64,000 nt of DNA, taken from the NCBI GenBank assembly GCA_031332935.1, contig JAUHTP010000006.1:23771-87770 (forward strand). The letters are read 5' to 3'. Under the pieces are notes generated by a model. That model was not told the DNA's origin, searched no databases, and was given only the letters and a program-made list of their open reading frames with translations. This document shows, in pieces, positions 1 to 9,517 of this stretch (the stretch's first letter is position 1; each line of letters opens with the position of its first letter). The position numbers and the translations under genes are program-made. Source of the DNA: Candidatus Pantoea bathycoeliae. GTDB taxonomy: Bacteria; Pseudomonadota; Gammaproteobacteria; Enterobacterales; Enterobacteriaceae.

Positions 1-389
1 AAGAGAATATCTTTATTTTCGGTAATACGACGCCGCAGGTCGAAGCATTGCGCAGCGGCGGTTATAACCCGCGTAAATATTACGAAGAGGATGCTGAGCT
101 GCATCAGGTGCTGACGCAGCTCGCCTCTGGCGTTTTTAGCCCGCAGGAGCCGGGCCGCTACCGTAATCTGTTCGATGCGCTGGTGAACTTCGGTGACCAC
201 TATCAGCTGCTGGCAGATTACCGCATCTATGTGGATACCCAGGATAAGGTAGATGAGCTTTATCGCAGGCCGGAAGAGTGGCAGCGCCGCGCGGCGCTGA
301 ATATTGCCAATATGGGGTATTTCTCGTCTGACCGGACGATCCAGGAGTACGCTGATGAGATCTGGAATATTAAGCCGGTGAGATTGTAA
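1..389 (+). CDS. glgP: glycogen (alpha-glucan) phosphorylase, C-terminal end; 5' part lies outside the window
   Basis: The ORF is open to the window edge. The C-terminus ...[22 protein letters not shown] is typical of GlgP/MalP, and the gene is convergent with glpD as in E. coli. Confidence 0.85.
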   Translation, partial: ENIFIFGNTTPQVEALRSGGYNPRKYYEEDAELHQVLTQLASGVFSPQEPGRYRNLFDALVNFGDHYQLLADYRIYVDTQDKVDELYRRPEEWQRRAALNIANMGYFSSDRTIQEYADEIWNIKPVRL

Positions 390-947
390 GAGGGGCGGGT
401 GCGCGGCCCGCCGAGCCGCTTTTGGTGTGCAGGTGGGCGCATCGTGGTGCGGGTTTCGTTCGCCTGACAGCGAGGGAGTTTCATTCCGCCCACTGCGGGC
501 GACCGAGCAAGGCCGGTGAGCGCCGGCCCTGCACCCGCGCTCCGGGCCAGCCCATCCGCCCGCTTCGCGGGTGCCTTCGCTCCGTCAGGATTTCTGACGG
601 ACCGCGCAGGACAGGCCGTCCTGGCCCGCGCTTTCAGCGACGTCCTGTCGCCTCATCCTGAAATCCTTCCCCGCTCAGCTGATGGGATGGTCCCCCCAAA
701 ACCTCGCTGTGACTTTTTTATTTCAATAAGCCACGTTTATTGCTGCAAGCGCAAACCAGTATTCAGACCACACAGTAGTTAATATAAAGACAGAAGACTT
801 GCAGGCGAGGTAGTGTCAGAGGCTGCCGAAAGCCGGGATTGTTAAGGGGCTGGCGAGCCCCTTAACACGCACGCCAGCAGCGCAGCTGCTGAAACTCCCT
901 GACGCCTGGCGGGCGGAACCTTCTCATAGCCCGCCTGCGCAGCAGGC

Positions 948-971
948 AAAAAAAACGGCGCCGAAGCCCCG
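948..971 (-). terminator. putative rho-independent terminator of glpD
   Basis: On the minus strand a GC hairpin (CGGGGC-TTCG-GCGCCG, one mismatch) is followed by a run of 8 T, 12 nt after the glpD stop. Confidence 0.6.
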
Positions 972-982
972 AATCTCATACT

Positions 983-2491
983 TTAGCTCGCCAGCGACAG
1001 GCTGGGTTTCTGGCCGTGCATTGCCAGCCACTCCGCCACGCGTGCCTGCTGAGCCTCATTCAGCCACATACCTTGCTTGGTACGACGCCAGATCGCATCA
1101 TCCAGCTCGCGTACCCACTCGTTCTGCACCAGATAGCGCAGCTCAGCTTCATAGAACTCATGGCCAAAGTTCTCACCCAAATCTTCCAGGCGAGCAGCCC
1201 CTTCCAGCAGCCGCTCGGTATTGCTGCCGTAAGTGCGCGCATAGTGACGCGCCATGCCTTCGCTGATAAACGGATAGAGACGGCGCAGGCCAGCAGCATA
1301 GTCCTCACGCGTACCAGAAAAATCACCGCCCGGCAGCACGCAGTTTTTCGTCCAGGCCGGCCCCGCGTTCGGGAAGTATTTCACCAGCTTCTCAAGCGCA
1401 TGCTCCGCCAGTTTGCGATAGGTGGTCAGCTTGCCGCCGAACACGGATAGCAGCGGCGTCTGGCCGTTATCGTCATGGATATCCAGCGTATAGTCGCGGG
1501 TGATCGCCTGCGGTGAGTCAGATTCGTCATCACACAGCGGACGCACACCGGAATAGGTCCAGACTACGTCGTTACGTGCCAGCTGCTTTTTAAAGTGGCT
1601 GTTGTAAATCTTGAGCAGATAGTCGATCTCGCTCTCTTCGATTTTGACGTCTTTTGGATCGCCTTTGTACTCCACATCAGTGGTGCCGATGATAGAGAAA
1701 TCATCCATCCACGGAATAACAAACACTATACGGTTATCTTCGTTCTGCAGGATATAAGACTGCTTCTCGTTGTGTACGCGCGGCACCATAATATGACTGC
1801 CTTTGATCAGGCGGATGCCGTAAGGCGATTTTAGCTTCAGGCCGTCGTCGAAGAACTGCTTAACCCACGGACCTGCCGCATTCACCAGCGCTTTGGCGCG
1901 CCAGGTGTAAGTTTTGCCGCTGTCGGCGTCTTCTGCTTCTACCATCCACAGGCCATTTTCACGCCATGCACGCGTTACGCGGGTGCGGGTACGCACTTCA
2001 CCGCCGCGTTTTTCAACTTCCTGTGCGTTCAGAACCACCAGGCGCGCATCGTCAACCCAGCAGTCAGAATATTCGAAACCGCGCGTGATTTCCGGTTTAA
2101 GGGCAGAATCCGCGCCAAAACGCAGGCTCTTACTGCCCGGCAGGCTGGTGCGTTTGCCGAGGTGATCGTATAAAAACAGGCCGGTGCGGATCATCCATGC
2201 CGGACGCAGATGTGGAAGGTGCGGCAGGCGGAAGCGCATCGGGAAAGCAATGTGCGGGGCCATCTTCAGCAGGACTTCGCGTTCCGCCAGGGCTTCGCTG
2301 ACCAGACGGAATTCGTAGTGTTCGAGGTAGCGCAGGCCGCCGTGAATCAGCTTTGAACTGGCAGAAGAGGTCGCGCAAGCCAGGTCCCGCGCTTCCAGCA
2401 TCAGCACTGACAGGCCGCGTCCTGCAGCGTCCGCTGCAATACCGGCACCGTTGATGCCGCCGCCGATCATGATCAGGTCTTTGGTTTCCAC
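983..2491 (-). CDS. glpD: aerobic glycerol-3-phosphate dehydrogenase
   Basis: 502-aa ORF with FAD-binding N-terminus METKDLIMIGGGINGAGIAADAAGRG. It resembles E. coli GlpD over its full length and is divergent from glpE. Confidence 0.97.
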   Translation of the reverse strand: METKDLIMIGGGINGAGIAADAAGRGLSVLMLEARDLACATSSASSKLIHGGLRYLEHYEFRLVSEALAEREVLLKMAPHIAFPMRFRLPHLPHLRPAWMIRTGLFLYDHLGKRTSLPGSKSLRFGADSALKPEITRGFEYSDCWVDDARLVVLNAQEVEKRGGEVRTRTRVTRAWRENGLWMVEAEDADSGKTYTWRAKALVNAAGPWVKQFFDDGLKLKSPYGIRLIKGSHIMVPRVHNEKQSYILQNEDNRIVFVIPWMDDFSIIGTTDVEYKGDPKDVKIEESEIDYLLKIYNSHFKKQLARNDVVWTYSGVRPLCDDESDSPQAITRDYTLDIHDDNGQTPLLSVFGGKLTTYRKLAEHALEKLVKYFPNAGPAWTKNCVLPGGDFSGTREDYAAGLRRLYPFISEGMARHYARTYGSNTERLLEGAARLEDLGENFGHEFYEAELRYLVQNEWVRELDDAIWRRTKQGMWLNEAQQARVAEWLAMHGQKPSLSLAS

Positions 2492-2717
2492 GTCATCCCC
2501 TCCGATGTTCGGAATAGTTCATTAATATTCGTTTTCGAGCATAATAATAATCGTAAACCAACATTGATGCCAAGTTTAACGCGGTAAAAACATTTTAGCA
2601 TTATACAGATAACCTTCCTGTTGAGAAAAAAATACAAAGCTTTAACCTTTGTCAGGTTATCGGCGCTCCTTATCGGGTTACACTAGGTGACAATTGTGTC
2701 GTCGTAATGAGAAAACC
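2492..2717. promoter_or_regulatory. glpD / glpEGR divergent control region (possible GlpR operators)
   Basis: AT-rich divergent intergenic region. TGTTCG...CGAGCA half-site-like motifs at about 2505-2545 resemble GlpR operator half-sites. No experimental support. Confidence 0.4.
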
Positions 2718-3064
2718 ATGGAAACCTTCGAATGCATTAAATGTTCAGCAGGCCAGCGAGAATGTTCAGCAGGCCAGCGAGCATCTGGCGCAAGGCGCGC
2801 TGCTGGTCGACATTCGCGATCCGCAGAGCTTTGCCCTTGGCCATGCGGACAACGCGCAGCACCTCAGTAACAGCAACCTGAATGAGTTCCTCGCCAGTGC
2901 CAGCCGTGAGCTGCCGGTACTGGTGATGTGCTATCACGGCAACAGCAGCAAAGGTGCCACATAGTATCTGCTGAGCTAGGGATTCAGCGCAGCACAGCAT
3001 TGACGGCGGCTTTGACGCCTGGCGCGCTGCCTTTCCGGCGCAGATCAGTAACGGCGGCCTCTGA
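2718..3064 (+). pseudogene. glpE: thiosulfate sulfurtransferase (rhodanese) GlpE, multiply disrupted
   Basis: The native start METFECI (2718) is thrown out of frame by an extra A at about 2738-2740. There is a 21-bp tandem duplication, in-frame TAGs at 2962 and 2977 where E. coli GlpE has Gln, and another frameshift at about 2998 before the conserved IDGGFDAW. The [10 protein letters not shown] core is still recognisable. Confidence 0.85.
2740..2781 (+). repeat. perfect 21-bp tandem duplication inside glpE
   Basis: AATGTTCAGCAGGCCAGCGAG occurs twice back to back (2740-2760 and 2761-2781), giving [14 protein letters not shown]. Confidence 0.95.
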
Positions 3065-3093
3065 GCCACGCGCGGTGAACAAGGAGAGTGAAA

Positions 3094-3912
3094 ATGGTGC
3101 GCATTACCCAGTTTAATAACCCGCGCATGGCGCAGGCCTTTGTCGACTATATGGCAACGCGCGGCGTTACGCTGCGAATCGAGCACGATGGCCATTATGT
3201 GATCCTGCTGGATGATGAAGGTCAGCTGTCGATGGTCGAAAACGAACTTCAGCAGTTTGTCCGTCAGCCTGAACATCCGCGCTACCAAGCCGCCAGCTGG
3301 CATACCGGTAATACCAAAAGCGGCCTGCTCTATGAGCGCAGCAATTTTGGGTCAAATATCCGCGAACGTGCCGGTCTGCTCACCATGACCGTCCTTTTTA
3401 TCTGCATCGCAGTCTTTATCCTGATGCAAATTTTGGGCGATCAGACGGTGCTGCTGTGGCTGAGCTGGCCGAACGGGCCGGGACATTATCTTCACTGGTT
3501 CAGCCATGCGCTGCTGCACTTCTCGCTGCTGCATATTCTGTTCAACCTGATGTGGTGGTGGTATCTCGGCGGTGCGGTAGAAAAGCGCTTGGGCAGCGGC
3601 AAGCTGTTTGTCATTATGCTGATTTCGGCGCTGCTTAGCGGCTTTGTTCAGGCCAAATTCAGCGGTATCTGGTTCGGCGGGCTGTCGGGCGTGGTCTACG
3701 CGCTGATGGGCTACTGCTGGCTGCACGGCGAGCGCGATCCCGAAAGCGGCGTCTATCTGGAACGCGGCCCGATTGGTTTCGCTATTGTCTGGCTGGTGAT
3801 CGGCTGGTATGGCGCGTTCGGGCTCGCCATCGCGAATGGCGCCCACGTTGCCGGTCTGGTGGTCGGTCTGGCAATGGCCTTTGTCGATACCCGTGCAGTA
3901 CGGCGTCGTTAG
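3094..3912 (+). CDS. glpG: rhomboid intramembrane serine protease GlpG
   Basis: Similar to E. coli GlpG along its length (FVDYMAT..., [39 protein letters not shown]). AAGGAG lies 7 nt upstream of the ATG at 3094; an alternative GTG is at 3088. The gene ends at TAG. Confidence 0.95.
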   Translation: MVRITQFNNPRMAQAFVDYMATRGVTLRIEHDGHYVILLDDEGQLSMVENELQQFVRQPEHPRYQAASWHTGNTKSGLLYERSNFGSNIRERAGLLTMTVLFICIAVFILMQILGDQTVLLWLSWPNGPGHYLHWFSHALLHFSLLHILFNLMWWWYLGGAVEKRLGSGKLFVIMLISALLSGFVQAKFSGIWFGGLSGVVYALMGYCWLHGERDPESGVYLERGPIGFAIVWLVIGWYGAFGLAIANGAHVAGLVVGLAMAFVDTRAVRRR

Positions 3913-3944
3913 CGCCGGATAAGAAGAGAAAACAGGAGAGTAAT

Positions 3945-4703
3945 GTGAAGCAGACGCAACGTCATTACGCCATTATCGATCTGGTCCGGCGTCAGGGATA
4001 TGTCAGCACCGAAGAGCTGGTCGAGCATTTTGAAGTAAGCGCACAAACCATCCGCCGCGATCTCAACGATCTCGCCGATCAGAATAAAATTCAGCGTCAT
4101 CACGGCGGTGCAGCTCTGCCTTCCAGTTCTGAAAATGCCGCCTGGCAGGAACGTAAGATGATGTGGTCGGCGGAAAAGGCGCGTATCGCCGAGCGCGTCG
4201 CCAGCGAAATTCCTGACGGCGCGACGCTGTTTATCGACATCGGTACCACGCCAGAGGCGGTCGCGCATGCGCTGCTGAACCATAAAAATCTGCGCGTAGT
4301 GACTAACAACATCAACGTGGCGACGCTGTTGATGAGCAAGCCTGATTTCCGGCTCATTATTGCGGGCGGTGAGGTGCGCACGCGCGACGGTGGCATTATG
4401 GGAGAGGCGACGCTCGACTTTATCTCTCAGTTCCGCCTGGATTTTGGCATTCTCGGCATCAGCGGCATCGATATGGATGGCTCCTTGCTAGAGTTCGATT
4501 ACCACGAAGTCCGCACCAAGCGCGCTATTATTGAAAATTCGCGCTGCGTGATGCTGGTGATCGATCATTCTAAATTTGGCCGCAACGCCATGGTGAATCT
4601 CGGCAATATGGGGCTAATCGATCAGCTCTATACCGACAAACAGCCGCCTGCCAGTATTATGAAGGTGATTGAGCAGCACGAAGTTCAGCTCGAGCTTTGC
4701 TGA
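3945..4703 (+). CDS. glpR: DeoR-family glycerol-3-phosphate regulon repressor
   Basis: 252 aa and highly similar to E. coli GlpR (MKQTQRH...STEELVEHF..., GEATLDFISQFRLDFGILGISGID, ...QLELC). Confidence 0.96.
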   Translation: MKQTQRHYAIIDLVRRQGYVSTEELVEHFEVSAQTIRRDLNDLADQNKIQRHHGGAALPSSSENAAWQERKMMWSAEKARIAERVASEIPDGATLFIDIGTTPEAVAHALLNHKNLRVVTNNINVATLLMSKPDFRLIIAGGEVRTRDGGIMGEATLDFISQFRLDFGILGISGIDMDGSLLEFDYHEVRTKRAIIENSRCVMLVIDHSKFGRNAMVNLGNMGLIDQLYTDKQPPASIMKVIEQHEVQLELC

Positions 4704-4766
4704 TCCCGGCGCTGTGCCGTCGCAAGCGGCATGGCGCGAATGCTTTTTGCATTGCTGACCAACTCA

Positions 4767-4792
4767 CGCCAGCCGTTCCGGCTGGCGTTTTT
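4767..4792 (+). terminator. rho-independent terminator downstream of glpR
   Basis: 9-bp stem CGCCAGCCG-TTC-CGGCTGGCG followed by TTTTT. Confidence 0.8.
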
Positions 4793-4809
4793 CTTTGTTT
4801 CTGTGGGGT

Positions 4810-4954
4810 TGCAATCATTTCTGGACTCTCTAGGGGAACGATGGATTAGCCGGAAGCCCTTTACTGACGCGGCTTACAGCGATTTTAAGAATTCTGGACT
4901 CGTCGCAAAAAAAATGAGCAGAAAATGAGTTTTTTGCACTATATTCTGGACTGG
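4810..4954 (+). repeat. prophage left end with three copies of the putative transposase-binding motif (attL-like)
   Basis: The (A/T)TTCTGGACT motif occurs at 4818-4828, 4891-4901 and 4943-4954, all in the same orientation. The spacing resembles Mu L1 versus L2/L3. Confidence 0.6.
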
Positions 4955-5047
4955 ATTGGTCGTGGTTTGAGTAAGTTTTAAAGCCGTTTAAACAATTTTT
5001 GATTAACGATTTTGTTGCTAAATATAAATAGAGAATTTATATTTTTG

Positions 5048-5599
5048 TTAAACGGCCCTTTTGCGCTCGCTTGCTAAGCTATCTTCTGATGCTACTTCAC
5101 CCTCCTCACTAGCCCCCTTTTTGATTTGGTCATAAAGCCGCATAAGACGCTCTTTTTCTTCCTGAGAGAGTAGAAGTAGGGCGTTATCTACGGAGTCAAT
5201 ACGTGATGATGAAAGCAATATTCCTTTGGCTCCTTCTTTATGGATAAGACGGATTAGTGATTCTATATCCTGACGATCAAGAGACTCATAAATCATTAGC
5301 CATGTATGTTTTAAGTTGTCATGCTCTTGTGTTTTTGGGCTATTTTTAGTTCCATGATATTTATTTAGCCCTGACGCGAGCCACTCAAGACTAACATTCT
5401 CAGCTTCAGCTATCGACAAAACTACCTTTAACGCTGGCTCAGTGCCTTTATGTAAGTAGTTATTTATTGTTGATGCAGGTAGCCCCCAAGCCTTAGCTGC
5501 TGAACGAATACTTCTTCCGCCAATAAGCATTTCAAGACGCTCCCTGAAGCTTTCTTTTCCCTCCCAGCCAAAAGCAAATTTATTTTCTTTTGTACCCAT
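5048..5599 (-). CDS. phage repressor (Mu c / CI-like HTH protein)
   Basis: 183-aa ORF on the opposite strand at the left end, as for Mu c. It has an HTH-like segment (RSIRSAAKAWGLPASTINNYLHKG). The gene is AT-rich relative to the rest of the phage. Confidence 0.7.
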   Translation of the reverse strand: MGTKENKFAFGWEGKESFRERLEMLIGGRSIRSAAKAWGLPASTINNYLHKGTEPALKVVLSIAEAENVSLEWLASGLNKYHGTKNSPKTQEHDNLKHTWLMIYESLDRQDIESLIRLIHKEGAKGILLSSSRIDSVDNALLLLSQEEKERLMRLYDQIKKGASEEGEVASEDSLASERKRAV

Positions 5600-5766
5600 T
5601 TTTCTATTCCATGTAAAATTTTGAATTATAAAGGAAAAACAAGAATGCGCTAAAAAAAGAAAAGAAAGAGCTATTTTGCTTTACTTGGGTTATTTTTAGA
5701 GCAATACTTGTCGATAGGAGTAAGCCCCATGACTTACCCGCATGGTTAACTTTTTAGGGTAATCGA
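5600..5766. promoter_or_regulatory. divergent repressor / early promoter-operator region
   Basis: AT-rich 167-bp gap between the divergent repressor and ner genes, equivalent in position to Mu Pc/Pe and O1-O3. Individual operators are not resolved. Confidence 0.5.
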
Positions 5767-6003
5767 ATGATAGATAGAAATGAAGTGAATCATCGTGACT
5801 GGCACCGGATTGATATCGTGGCCTCCCTGCACAAGAAAGGGATCACCATGCAAGATCTCTCCCGCGGCTCGGGGCTGGCGTCCAGCACGTTAAAAAACGC
5901 GCTATATCGTCCCTATCCCAAAGGTGAACGCATTATCGCTAATGCACTCAATGTGGATCCGGCCAGCATTTGGCCGAGTCGTTATATGAGCAAGGTGTCG
6001 TAA
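5767..6003 (+). CDS. ner: Ner-like early transcriptional regulator
   Basis: 78 aa. The motifs RDWHRIDIVASLHKKG...PKGERIIANAL...PASIWPSRY match the Mu Ner / Nlp (SfsB) family. Confidence 0.88.
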   Translation: MIDRNEVNHRDWHRIDIVASLHKKGITMQDLSRGSGLASSTLKNALYRPYPKGERIIANALNVDPASIWPSRYMSKVS

Positions 6004-6044
6004 TTATGTTTGTTACGGTGAGTGAGTGAGTCGGTTTACCCGGA

Positions 6045-8051
6045 TTGCCTGGCACTTTGCAGGGACTTCGCTGCTCATTGAATAAGCGGACTGCAAATTC
6101 ACCCGATTTAGTCCGTAAGCGTTCGGGCACCAAGGCTTTCGAGTACCACATCGATTGTTTACCAGAGCAAGCTCGCGAGATCATCAAACAGCGGCACTAT
6201 AAATCCTTAATAGCGCAAGCCCCGGCCCTACCGGTTGATGAGTCCGTCAAGCGCAGCACCGCCATCAAGTCGCGTGATGAGCTGGCGATCATGCGCCAAT
6301 GTCCCGCCCTGCTCGAGCGCAAGGTGCAGGCCCTGAACGATCACCAGAAGCAGATCGCCGATGCGCGCATGATGCTGGCACAGGAAGTGATCCGATTGCA
6401 GCAGGCCGGCATGACCCGCATTGCGGCGGTGACCTTTATCGTCGAGGAGTCAAAGGCCGGCACATTGCCCGAGGCCCTGCAACGCGCCGCCACGCTGGCT
6501 AACGCCAAAAAGGGCCGCACCCGGCAAGGGGTGGGCAAAAGCAGCCTGCAGGAATGGGTGAGTCTCTATCTTAGCGCTGAGCGGCCCCAGGAGCGTCTGG
6601 CGATACTGGCGCCCGGTCAGCCGAAGAAGCAGCAGCGTCCCGAAGACATGACGTGGTTTTACGCCCTGTTCTGGCCGCATTATGCCCGGCCCTGTGGCCT
6701 GACGGTGCTGGAAGCCTACCGCGCATTTCAGGCGGACTGGCAGGGCAAATACCATGACCAGCCTGCCATGCTGGCGGCCTTGCCGACCTATGACAAGGTC
6801 AATCGCATGGTCAGGCGGGTGGCACCCAACCGAAGGGTCAAGGGCCGTGTCACCGGTTCAGCGCTCAAGGCGTATCAGGTGTACCAGCAGCGGGATTGGG
6901 CGCAGATGCCGGTGAACGGCTGCTGGATAGCTGACGGCAAGTCGCTGAACATGAAAGTGGCGCATCCGATACACGGGCGGCCCTTTACCCCTGAGCTGAC
7001 GTTGGTGCTCGATGGGCGCACCCGCTATCTGGTGGGCTGGAGCCTGTCTCTGGCGGAAAACGCCATCGCGGTGGCCGATGCGTGGCGTTATGCCATCCAG
7101 CACCACGGCAAGCCACTGTTTGCCTACTCCGATAACGGCGGTGGTGAGACCAACAAGATGCTGGATGCGGATATCACCGGGATTTTCCCCCGGCTGGGCA
7201 TTGAGCATATTACCGGTATCCCCGGTAACCCGCAGGCGCGGGGCATTATCGAGCGGCTTAATGGGGTGCTGCCACGTCGTCTGGCTCTGCGCTTTCAGAC
7301 CTATAACGGGCTAAGCGCTGACCCCAACGGGACGCGGGTGCAGGGGCAAAAACTGCTGAGTCTGTCGAATGCCCTGCGTCAGGGGAAGGAGCTGAACGCG
7401 GTCCAGCAGAAAACGCTGGCGATATTGCCCAGCTGGCGGCAGCTGATAGACGCCATCGAGGAGGAGGTGCAGCACTATAACCACAGCCATGAGCACAGCG
7501 CGCTGCCGAAGGTCAACGGCAAGTCGATGACGCCGGCTGCTTACCGCAAAGCCCTGCTGGCCGAGGAGGGGGATAATATTGAATACCTGACGCCGGGCGA
7601 GTTACGCGAGATGTTTATGCCAGAAGAGAAACGGGTAGCCCAGCGCGGCTGGGTTGAACTGTTGAATAACCAGTATTTTGCCCGGGAGCTGATTGAGGTA
7701 GACCGCCAGACCGTGCGGGTGGCCTACGATATCCATAATCCTAATGAAGTGATTATTCGTCAGATGGACGGGGCCTATCTTTGCACCGCGCTCTGGAATG
7801 GCAATACGGCCTCGCCGGTGCCGGTCTCCAGAGTGGAAAAAGCCCTGGAAGCGCGCGCTAAACGTCGCATTAAACTGGCTGAAAATAAGATTCAGGATGA
7901 GAAAGACGAATTACGTCCGGTGATTGACGCGCCCAGGGAGAACGATTACAGCCTGCTGATACCCAAGGTAGCGGCAGCCGAAAAAGAGAAGGTGTATTTA
8001 TTTGAATCCGAATATGAGCACGATATCAAGCAGGTCGGTAATAACCGCTAA
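6045..8051 (+). CDS. Mu-type DDE transposase (MuA-like); the native N-terminus is interrupted by an in-frame TGA
   Basis: 668-aa ORF from TTG 6045 with an rve/DDE core region (WIADGKSLNMKV..., SDNGGGE...). An in-frame ATG at 6006 gives MFVTVSE, then TGA (6027-6029), then VGLPGLPGT..., where MuA-like proteins have Trp. Confidence 0.85.
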   Translation: MPGTLQGLRCSLNKRTANSPDLVRKRSGTKAFEYHIDCLPEQAREIIKQRHYKSLIAQAPALPVDESVKRSTAIKSRDELAIMRQCPALLERKVQALNDHQKQIADARMMLAQEVIRLQQAGMTRIAAVTFIVEESKAGTLPEALQRAATLANAKKGRTRQGVGKSSLQEWVSLYLSAERPQERLAILAPGQPKKQQRPEDMTWFYALFWPHYARPCGLTVLEAYRAFQADWQGKYHDQPAMLAALPTYDKVNRMVRRVAPNRRVKGRVTGSALKAYQVYQQRDWAQMPVNGCWIADGKSLNMKVAHPIHGRPFTPELTLVLDGRTRYLVGWSLSLAENAIAVADAWRYAIQHHGKPLFAYSDNGGGETNKMLDADITGIFPRLGIEHITGIPGNPQARGIIERLNGVLPRRLALRFQTYNGLSADPNGTRVQGQKLLSLSNALRQGKELNAVQQKTLAILPSWRQLIDAIEEEVQHYNHSHEHSALPKVNGKSMTPAAYRKALLAEEGDNIEYLTPGELREMFMPEEKRVAQRGWVELLNNQYFARELIEVDRQTVRVAYDIHNPNEVIIRQMDGAYLCTALWNGNTASPVPVSRVEKALEARAKRRIKLAENKIQDEKDELRPVIDAPRENDYSLLIPKVAAAEKEKVYLFESEYEHDIKQVGNNR

Positions 8052-8062
8052 GGATATATTGT

Positions 8063-8992
8063 ATGACAACGCGAGAACGTATTTTCCAGCTGATGGAACG
8101 GTCAGGCTACACCCAGCGCAAGGTAGCCGATAAAACCGGATTAAGCAGTGCCACCATTTCACAATATTTAAAGGGGGTTTACAACGGCAATATTGATAAC
8201 GTCGAGGGTACGCTGCGGGATTTTCTTGACCGCGAAACAGAGCGCGCCCACCGGCGGGACATCAAGGTGCATTTTGTGCCGACCCATCTGGCCAGGGTGG
8301 CGCTGGACCTGATTAGTGCCACGCACGACTTCGGCGATATCAGCGTGATATACGGCCCGGCCGGCATGGGAAAAAGCATGGTGCTGAAAGAGTATGTGCG
8401 CGCCAACAGCGCCAATAAAGGCGTCATCCTGATTGAAGCTGACCCCGGCTATACCGCCAAGGTGTTATTGCAGGCGCTGTGCGCCCGGCTGGGTCTGCGG
8501 AAAACCGGCAATATCCACGAGCTGGTCGAGGAGTGCGTACAGGGGCTGCGCGACAAGCACTGGCTGGTCCTGGTTGACGAGGCTGAGCTGCTGCCCTACC
8601 GGGCGCTTGAGGTCCTGCGCCGCATTCACGACCGTTCCGGGGTGGCCATTGTGCTGGCGGGCATGCCGCGTTTGCTGCTCAATCTGAAAGGCTCCCGCGG
8701 GGAATACGCCCAGCTCTATAGCCGGGTGGGCATGGCGTTAGACCTGGAGTCTCGCCGGAAAGACAGTGAAGCCGAGGATTTCAGTGCCATTCTGGGCAGC
8801 CTGTTATCGAACGGCGAGGCCACGGGCGAGCCGCTTGCGCCGGAGATTGCCGCCGCCTTTCGCAAGCATTCACGGGGCAATTATCGCTGCCTGTTTAAAC
8901 TGGCGCGCGGGGTGGCCCGGACAAGCGCTATTGGCAATCAGGGGATGTCCGTGACGTTAATCGACCACTATGCGGAAATGCTAATTCATTGA
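8063..8992 (+). CDS. MuB-like AAA+ transposition target-capture ATPase
   Basis: N-terminal HTH (YTQRKVADKTGLSSATISQYLKG), Walker A GPAGMGKS and Walker B LVLVDEAE. It sits immediately after the transposase. Confidence 0.9.
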   Translation: MTTRERIFQLMERSGYTQRKVADKTGLSSATISQYLKGVYNGNIDNVEGTLRDFLDRETERAHRRDIKVHFVPTHLARVALDLISATHDFGDISVIYGPAGMGKSMVLKEYVRANSANKGVILIEADPGYTAKVLLQALCARLGLRKTGNIHELVEECVQGLRDKHWLVLVDEAELLPYRALEVLRRIHDRSGVAIVLAGMPRLLLNLKGSRGEYAQLYSRVGMALDLESRRKDSEAEDFSAILGSLLSNGEATGEPLAPEIAAAFRKHSRGNYRCLFKLARGVARTSAIGNQGMSVTLIDHYAEMLIH

Positions 8993-9003
8993 AGGAGGAA
9001 AGT

Positions 9004-9294
9004 ATGTCAGTCCATCATAAAGCGGCATCGACCAACAATCATCTTATCGCCGCGATGACGCAGGCAGGAGCCGTTATTCATTATTTAACGATAAGAGGCG
9101 TGAGCGTAAAAAGCATGATATTGCATAATTGCAAACCCGTTATCCGTATTGAACACCATCCGCTCTGTGAGCAGTTATTAAAACAGGGTCAGGCGAATTA
9201 TATCACCGTGGGCAAAAACGCACGGGGTAATTTTAAGCAAGGGGCATTCATGAAAGGTGGGTGCAAGGTGATTTGGTCAACGTCATTACATTGA
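9004..9294 (+). CDS. hypothetical early-region protein
   Basis: ATG at 9004 preceded by GAAGGAGGA. 96 aa, with no family recognised. Confidence 0.4.
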   Translation: MSVHHKAASTNNHLIAAMTQAGAVIHYLTIRGVSVKSMILHNCKPVIRIEHHPLCEQLLKQGQANYITVGKNARGNFKQGAFMKGGCKVIWSTSLH

Positions 9295-9301
9295 GGCTCT
9301 T

Positions 9302-9517
9302 ATGACAATTGAAATTAAAATCGTTGTTCAGCAAACACAACTCGGCATTGATATGAATATTGATGCCAGCGGTATGGGCAGTGAAGTTGAAAAGAAGGAA
9401 GCCCAGTTTATTCACGATGCACTTGCCACCGTATTATCGTGCCGGGCTGATTTCGAGGCGATTAATAAGGGCACTATTGCCAATACATTTAACAGGAGAG
9501 GTCATCATGTCCACTAA
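9302..9517 (+). CDS. hypothetical early-region protein
   Basis: 71-aa ORF tightly packed in the early operon. No family recognised. Confidence 0.35.
   Translation: MTIEIKIVVQQTQLGIDMNIDASGMGSEVEKKEAQFIHDALATVLSCRADFEAINKGTIANTFNRRGHHVH

Noticed and set aside
400-720. A GC-rich, hairpin-dense stretch after glgP (for example CCGTCAG-GATTT-CTGACGG at about 583-601 and CAGGAC-AGGCC-GTCCTG at about 608-624) with overlapping ORFs in several frames. It could be a REP-like repeat cluster, a gene relic or an ncRNA.
   Set aside because: I could not recognise any protein family, repeat consensus or RNA family from the sequence alone. It is noted as unexplained rather than claimed.
4731-4928. A 65-aa ORF crossing the glpR terminator and the prophage left end.
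   Set aside because: It spans a host terminator hairpin and the phage terminal repeat/transposase-binding sites. It has no SD, so it is almost certainly non-coding.
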